64,000 bases of DNA from Spirochaetota bacterium (GTDB taxonomy: Bacteria > Spirochaetota > UBA4802 > UBA5550): assembly GCA_963663865.1 (NCBI GenBank), contig OY760686.1:768001-832000 (forward strand), read 5' to 3'. The translations under genes were made by a program, and so were the position numbers. The notes under the pieces are model-generated. The model was not told where the DNA came from. It worked only from the letters and a program-made list of their open reading frames with translations, and searched no databases. Positions within the stretch are counted from its first letter, which is position 1. The number at the start of each line of letters is the position of its first letter. This document shows, in pieces, positions 58,754 through 64,000 of this stretch.

Positions 58754-59788
58754 TTGATTGTATTGTGTTCATCATGCGGAGAAAAGCATTCGGGAATAAA
58801 TACGTCTGATCTTTCAGGCTCTGTTTTCGTGTGCCCGAACTGCGGCTCAGGTCTCAAGATTTTCCGATGCGGAAGCTGCGGGTCTTCATATACCATCAAG
58901 CTGGAAGGCATATCGCCCGATATATACTCCTTCTCATGCAGAAGATGTGCCTCCAGAATTGTTGTAAACATTGCAGAACGCGATTTTTCTTACAGTCTCC
59001 GTGGGCTTCCCCGCTCTGAGAGGAAAAAGTTTGTGCCGTCGCCGTCCCGATCTGAAGAAGCAGCGAAAAAAGTACCGGCAAAAAAAAGGACTTATTCTGT
59101 ATCCCGTGACGTGAAGCTGTCAATGGCGCTTTTTTATGCGGGGCTGCTTTCTTCAGCATCAGCTGCTGTCAGTATTATTCTGCTGATGTTTTTTTTGCGA
59201 ATGGGCGCGGTTTCTACTGCCGGCGTGCTGCTTGCCGGAGTTATCGCGCTTTTCCCAGCGGTTTTTGTAACAATGCTTGCGGGCGGTTCGCTTTCAGCCG
59301 GAGGCTTCAGGAGATTGGCTATGCCGCCGGCAAAATCCATTCTTAAGACGGCCGCTGTCTCTCTGGCTGTTGTGTTTCTGCCGGCAGCCTCATTCTTGGC
59401 CTTTGCTCTGCTGCCATCAGCAGCTGCGCCTGCTCTGTTCGCGGCGGCCCTAATTCCGATTTATATTATAGCAGTTATTATAGTGATATCTGTTAATATC
59501 GTTTTCTGGTTATATCCTGCAGTACTGTCTGCCGGACATGTAAGGCCGCTCAGCTTCATTGCTTCAAGTTGGGCGGCGGCAGCCGCGTATTCTGTACTGA
59601 TATCGGTTGTCGGATTTGTCATTCTTGCCGCTGTACTGCGTATTGCGTGGTTCATATACAGCGCGGCTGGTACGGCTGCTGCGTTTTTGGCCGGATATCT
59701 GCTGATAACTATTGCTGCTTCATTGTGTTATCTTATGGTGAAGATTGCATATATAAATATAGTCAATAATTCTCGAAGCTCATATTGA
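58754..59788 (+). CDS. Double zinc-ribbon polytopic membrane protein
   Basis: Four CxxC motifs followed by about 6 hydrophobic segments; start codon uncertain. Confidence 0.7.
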   Translation: MIVLCSSCGEKHSGINTSDLSGSVFVCPNCGSGLKIFRCGSCGSSYTIKLEGISPDIYSFSCRRCASRIVVNIAERDFSYSLRGLPRSERKKFVPSPSRSEEAAKKVPAKKRTYSVSRDVKLSMALFYAGLLSSASAAVSIILLMFFLRMGAVSTAGVLLAGVIALFPAVFVTMLAGGSLSAGGFRRLAMPPAKSILKTAAVSLAVVFLPAASFLAFALLPSAAAPALFAAALIPIYIIAVIIVISVNIVFWLYPAVLSAGHVRPLSFIASSWAAAAAYSVLISVVGFVILAAVLRIAWFIYSAAGTAAAFLAGYLLITIAASLCYLMVKIAYINIVNNSRSSY

Positions 59789-59896
59789 AACGGGATTATA
59801 GCTGAAAATGGCTTATTTTTTGCGTCTACATGCCGATCATTAATCCGGGTTTATAACTCTGTTCAGGGAGGAACAGATGCCCACAGGGAGGATCCT

Positions 59897-60061
59897 ATGA
59901 ATAGTCTCATGAAAACGGAGGATCGTGAGATAAAGCCTGCTAAGTTTAAGGAAAAGTCGGACAAGCTTCAGGAAATCCGGCGCCGGATCGCTGACGAGTC
60001 CTATCTGGATCACGCGATTTCAAAAATAGCTACAGATTTATCTCATTATCTGACAAAGTGA
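59897..60061 (+). CDS. Unannotated 54-aa ORF, FlgM C-terminal-like
   Basis: MNSLMKTEDREIKPAKFKEKSDKLQEIRRRIADESYLDHAISKIATDLSHYLTK; GGGAGG RBS; terminator downstream. Confidence 0.65.
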   Translation: MNSLMKTEDREIKPAKFKEKSDKLQEIRRRIADESYLDHAISKIATDLSHYLTK

Positions 60062-60155
60062 TTTTCGCGCTCAGCCGCGGGATACGGCTTTGTCCCTTAA
60101 CGGCAGGCGGGTAAAATTGAAATCGGGGGATAGTCTTCGGATTATCTCTGAACAG

Positions 60156-60188
60156 GGCAGCGTCTCAGAAGGGGCGCTGCCGTTTTTC
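60156..60188 (+). terminator. Rho-independent terminator after the small ORF
   Basis: GGCAGCGTCTC-AGAA-GGGGCGCTGCC-GTTTTT. Confidence 0.65.
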
Positions 60189-60197
60189 AGGAAGAAT

Positions 60198-61295
60198 ATG
60201 GATAGAGGATCGTACAATACACTAAAACACAACAGGAAGATGAGAATTCTCTTTCTAATTCTGTTCGGCCTTTCCTCGGCCTTGCTGATCTACATATTCA
60301 AGAATTTTCTGTGGCTTTTCGCCTTCTCCTTTATTCTCAGTATGGCGGTGAAGCCAGTCTATGCCCGGATTCTCAGATACGTCCGAAGCCGGAGTCTCAG
60401 CGCTTTTCTCGTGGTCCTTCTTCTAATCGTTGTCTTGATCGTACCCGCGCTGCTTCTCCTTGCCTCCCTCGCTGACCAGTCGTACAGATTCTATGTATAT
60501 CTCCAGAAGCAGATCGAATCGGGCATCTTAGATCAGTTCCAGCAGAATCCTGTTGTCAGGGACATGCTTGACTATTTAAATATAAGCGGAGCCGAGCTTC
60601 TTGAAAAGGGCGCGGCTTTTGCTCAAAATTCGCTTCTCAAAGCAATGGGAGCCATCGCGCCGCTTGTGACATTCCCTGTTTTCCTGATTATCAATGTCTT
60701 TTTCTCGATGCTGGTCGTCTTCTTCCTGCTGAAAGACGGTGAGAAGCTTCCCAATGTCATCTACAGGTTACTTCCCTTTCCTGATAAGCTTGAGAAAGAG
60801 GTTGCAGAGAGGCTTAAGACCGTCATCAAGATACTTCTCGCGGGGAATATATTTATTACCCTGCTGCAGGGACTAATGGTAGGACTCGGCTTTTTTATCG
60901 CCGGCTTCCGCGCTCCGTTGCTATGGGGCAGCATAGCGGGTATTCTCTCGCTGATACCGGTAATAGGCACTACCTTTATATGGGTTCCGGCAGCGGTGTA
61001 TCTGTTCTGTACCGGCTCTTACGGCATGGGACTGTTTTTGTCGGTATGGTGTTTCGTCTGGTATCTTGTTCTCGAAAATCTGGTTAAACCGATAGTCTTT
61101 GGCGGGAAGCTGAAGTTTCATCCCCTTCTGTTTTTTTTCCTTCTGATTGGGAGCCTTCAGGCGTTCAATATTGCCGGAATCCTCATCGGCCCTATAGCAC
61201 TGACGTTCTTCTTTTCCATGTGGGAAATCTATCGTATTCTTGACTTTCAAGGTGGGGGGGATAATGACCTTCCGGAAGAGCCGGCAGACGGGTGA
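60198..61295 (+). CDS. AI-2E family transporter
   Basis: FFLLKDG, LIPVIGT..W.P, ENLVKP, HPLL, G.LIGP; start trimmed to ATG 60198. Confidence 0.9.
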   Translation: MDRGSYNTLKHNRKMRILFLILFGLSSALLIYIFKNFLWLFAFSFILSMAVKPVYARILRYVRSRSLSAFLVVLLLIVVLIVPALLLLASLADQSYRFYVYLQKQIESGILDQFQQNPVVRDMLDYLNISGAELLEKGAAFAQNSLLKAMGAIAPLVTFPVFLIINVFFSMLVVFFLLKDGEKLPNVIYRLLPFPDKLEKEVAERLKTVIKILLAGNIFITLLQGLMVGLGFFIAGFRAPLLWGSIAGILSLIPVIGTTFIWVPAAVYLFCTGSYGMGLFLSVWCFVWYLVLENLVKPIVFGGKLKFHPLLFFFLLIGSLQAFNIAGILIGPIALTFFFSMWEIYRILDFQGGGDNDLPEEPADG

Positions 61296-61395
61296 TTTCC
61301 GGATGAGATATTTTTCTTGACGCAGTATGTACTCAATACTAAGTTTATAAGCTGAATATAGATTCTGAAACACAAACACAAGACTGGAAGAGCAA

Positions 61396-62628
61396 ATGAA
61401 AAAATGGGCCATACAGGCTGCAACGGTTGTAGCTGCTGATAAAAAGTTGAAAGAAGCTGCCGTCGTGATTGCTGATGGAATTATCGGGAAGACAGGCAGG
61501 GGCGTTGCTGATGATATCGATATCGTTCTCGACGCTGGCTCGGTTGTTGCTGTTCCGGGGCTTATTAATGCCCATGATCATCTTCTCGGGACATACTTCC
61601 CCAAGGTCGGAAACGGCCCATACGAAAACTGGCTGCCATGGGACAATGACCTCAAGAGTTCCCCGCTTTATCAGGAACGCCAGCAGATTGAGAACAGGGA
61701 CCTCTACCTTCTCGGCGCATATAGAAACCTTGTCTCGGGTGTTACAACAGTAGCAGATCATATACCGCATTTCGTATCGGAACCCTTTGCAGAAATCCTG
61801 CCGGTGAAGACTATCCGCGACTATGGAATGGCCCACTCGCTGGGACAGCTGGCGCTGGCCTGGGGCGGTGATATAGCTTCGGAATACAGGAAATCGGAAG
61901 AAAACAATCTGCCCTTCATTACACACATCGCCGAAGGCTTTGACAATGAGACCAAACAGAACCTGCAGATGCTGAAAAAAGCTGGCGGTCTGGGGCCTAA
62001 TTCAGTGCTCATACACGGAATTGCCTTTTCTCCCTCCGATATGGATGAAATCAAAAAGGCCGGAGCCTCTGTAGTCTGGTGTGGCGATTCAAACATGTTC
62101 ATGTTCAATCACACGACTAATATCGGCCTGCTGCTCGAAAAAGGCATCAATGTATGCATCGGAACAGATTCACCCATGTCCGGCGGGCTCAATATTCTTG
62201 AGGAGGCCCGCTTTGACCGGAAGCTGTTCAAAAAGCTGACCGGCAAAGAGCTGCCTGACTCAAAGATTTTGCAGATGATTACTGAAAACCCCGCGCACGC
62301 GCTCAAGCTTGACGGGGCTGGAGCTCTGAAGGAAGGCAATGTTGCCGACCTGGCACTTTTCCGTGACAAAGGCGGGAGTCCGGAAAGCTCTGTTGTGGAT
62401 GCCGGCCTCAGGGACGTCATGCTCGTTGTTATAGATGGAAACCCAGTCTATGGCGATGCTTCATACGCGGGACTATTTGACGCGCTTGGAATCAAATATC
62501 AGAATATTGTTCTGGATGATGCGGAGAAGATCGTTGCAGGCGACATTATCGGCCTGCTGAAGCGGATTAGCAGAGCAGTTGGTTTCAAGAAGACTTTTCC
62601 GTTTTTGCCGGTAGAGTTTAATATTTAG
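61396..62628 (+). CDS. Amidohydrolase-superfamily metallo-deaminase-like protein
   Basis: PGLINAHDH, THIAEG, IHG, GTD, ADLA motifs. Confidence 0.88.
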   Translation: MKKWAIQAATVVAADKKLKEAAVVIADGIIGKTGRGVADDIDIVLDAGSVVAVPGLINAHDHLLGTYFPKVGNGPYENWLPWDNDLKSSPLYQERQQIENRDLYLLGAYRNLVSGVTTVADHIPHFVSEPFAEILPVKTIRDYGMAHSLGQLALAWGGDIASEYRKSEENNLPFITHIAEGFDNETKQNLQMLKKAGGLGPNSVLIHGIAFSPSDMDEIKKAGASVVWCGDSNMFMFNHTTNIGLLLEKGINVCIGTDSPMSGGLNILEEARFDRKLFKKLTGKELPDSKILQMITENPAHALKLDGAGALKEGNVADLALFRDKGGSPESSVVDAGLRDVMLVVIDGNPVYGDASYAGLFDALGIKYQNIVLDDAEKIVAGDIIGLLKRISRAVGFKKTFPFLPVEFNI

Positions 62629-62645
62629 TATCTGGGAAGGGATCG

Positions 62646-63809
62646 ATGGCTGGAGCAGCATCAGGCGGAATAATGTCGAGGACGTACAAGTCGGGATCAA
62701 TAATCTATTTCGACGGCGACAAGAGTGAGTATATATATATCCTCAAGTCCGGCAGAGTCATTCTCACCTCAATCAATCTCAATACCGGAGAAGAGGTAAA
62801 GGAAGATGTCCGAATCGGCGAGTTCTTCGGTGTTAAGTCTGCTCTGGGTAAATATCCGAGAGAGGAGACAGCACAGACAATCGGGGAAACGGCTGTTCTG
62901 GTACTGACAATGTCAGATTTCGAGCGCCTCATCCTTAAAAATGTGAATATTGTCAGAAAGATGTTGAGTGTTTTTAGCAATCAGCTAAGAAGAATACACA
63001 AGAATGTCCGTTCCGCTCTCGGAGAAACAGAGACTATTAATCCAGGAACAGAGCTTTTCCGCATCGGCGAGCATTACTACAAGTCCGGGGTGAGCCATCA
63101 GGCTTTATACGCGTTCAAGAAGTATATGGAGTATTACGCTGACGGACAGCACGCGGATTCAGCGATGCAGTGCATAAGGTCAATAAATTCCGGGGATATC
63201 GGCGGTTCAGACTTCTATGCACCTCCATCCCCGGAACAGCAGTCCGAGCCGGGAGGCAGCTTTCTGGGAGACTTTAATCCTTCTGATGACGATTTTACTG
63301 TGGAGACATCAGCTGGCGGAGCCGATTCATCCGATTCCATTTCGAGTGAAATGGATGATTTTTTTACCGACGGTTCATCTCTGTCCGAGCTTGAGGATTT
63401 CAGCTTTGATGATTTTGGAGCCGGACGGGATGACAAAGGCCCGCTCGAAAAGGGAGATGAGCTTTTTGACCGCCAGAAGTTCGCCGAGGCGCTCCACAGC
63501 TATCAGGAGTTCCTGAGCAGCTCCGACGGCACCGACAACGGGAAGCTTGCGTATGCTAATCTCAGGGCGGGGAGATGCAATGTCCGTCTGGGCCAGCCGA
63601 AAAACGCCATGGAATTCTTCAGCGTTGTTGTGAAGAAATATCCGCAGGAGAAGGCCGCAAAGGAAGCATTCTTCGAAGTGGGGGGGCTTTTTGAGTCAGC
63701 CCGCCAGAATGACAGGGCGCTTTCATACTACAGGAAGGTCGTTACTATACAGCCGTCTGATGACATAACAGAGAAAGCGCAGAAAAAAATCCGCGATCTT
63801 CAGGGATAA
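62646..63809 (+). CDS. cNMP-binding (Crp-type) domain protein with TPR repeats
   Basis: IYFDGD..YILKSGRV..GEFFG..PREETA; TPR helices separated by an acidic linker. Confidence 0.88.
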   Translation: MAGAASGGIMSRTYKSGSIIYFDGDKSEYIYILKSGRVILTSINLNTGEEVKEDVRIGEFFGVKSALGKYPREETAQTIGETAVLVLTMSDFERLILKNVNIVRKMLSVFSNQLRRIHKNVRSALGETETINPGTELFRIGEHYYKSGVSHQALYAFKKYMEYYADGQHADSAMQCIRSINSGDIGGSDFYAPPSPEQQSEPGGSFLGDFNPSDDDFTVETSAGGADSSDSISSEMDDFFTDGSSLSELEDFSFDDFGAGRDDKGPLEKGDELFDRQKFAEALHSYQEFLSSSDGTDNGKLAYANLRAGRCNVRLGQPKNAMEFFSVVVKKYPQEKAAKEAFFEVGGLFESARQNDRALSYYRKVVTIQPSDDITEKAQKKIRDLQG

Positions 63810-63815
63810 CACGAT

Positions 63816-64000
63816 ATGAGTATGATTCTCGATGACAATTTTTTTGAACGGTTCGGCGTTGAGTATGCTCCGAACGAGATAATTTTCTGCGAATATGAGC
63901 CTGGAAACGAGTTTTACTTTATACAAAGCGGAAGAGTGAAAATAGTCAAGCTCATTAACGACAGAGAGAAGACCCTTGATGTTATGGGGCCCGGCGATGT
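63816..64000 (+). CDS. Second cNMP-binding (Crp/Fnr-type) protein, truncated by the window edge
   Basis: MSMILDDNFFERFGVEYAPNEIIFCEYEPGNEFYFIQSGRVKIVKLINDREKTLDVMGPGD. Confidence 0.85.
   Translation, partial: MSMILDDNFFERFGVEYAPNEIIFCEYEPGNEFYFIQSGRVKIVKLINDREKTLDVMGPGD

Noticed and set aside
60090-60197. N-terminal extension of the AI-2E ORF from TTG 60090
   Set aside because: The region contains hairpins and a terminator; a downstream ATG fits the family length better.

Overview
Bacterial chromosomal window, probably from an anaerobic spirochaete-like organism. This is inferred from gene content: many lipoproteins, a Lon-ComFB pair, tandem cNMP-binding proteins, a TonB receptor and an [FeFe]-hydrogenase. 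The first ~11.2 kb is an accessory island. It holds four direct copies of a multi-hairpin repeat whose stems show compensatory changes, plus three GTAG palindromes. These flank an AT-rich phosphotransferase gene and a ~2110-aa SpvB/FG-GAP/YD/Rhs protein. The Rhs gene has a 10-bp tandem repeat in its signal-peptide region, an internal TM-TM-lipobox insert before the Rhs core, and a downstream orphan core fragment cut off by the repeat. The rest is mostly housekeeping and signalling: class I adenylate cyclase, Lon, ComFB, MFS, Aas-like fusion, HmuY-like/TonB receptor/FmdE-like module and an ErcA/ErcS-like pair divergent from a HydCBA-HydS-PP2C hydrogenase operon. Further on are dCache histidine kinases, a sigma54-type ino1, two paralogous modules of membrane-anchored AraC plus lipoprotein binding protein flanking a GH3 lipoprotein, PBP1A, an unannotated FlgM-like small ORF, AI-2E, an amidohydrolase and two cNMP-binding proteins. 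No rRNA, tRNA, CRISPR array, transposase or integrase was recognised. All family assignments come from motif recognition by eye, not database searches.
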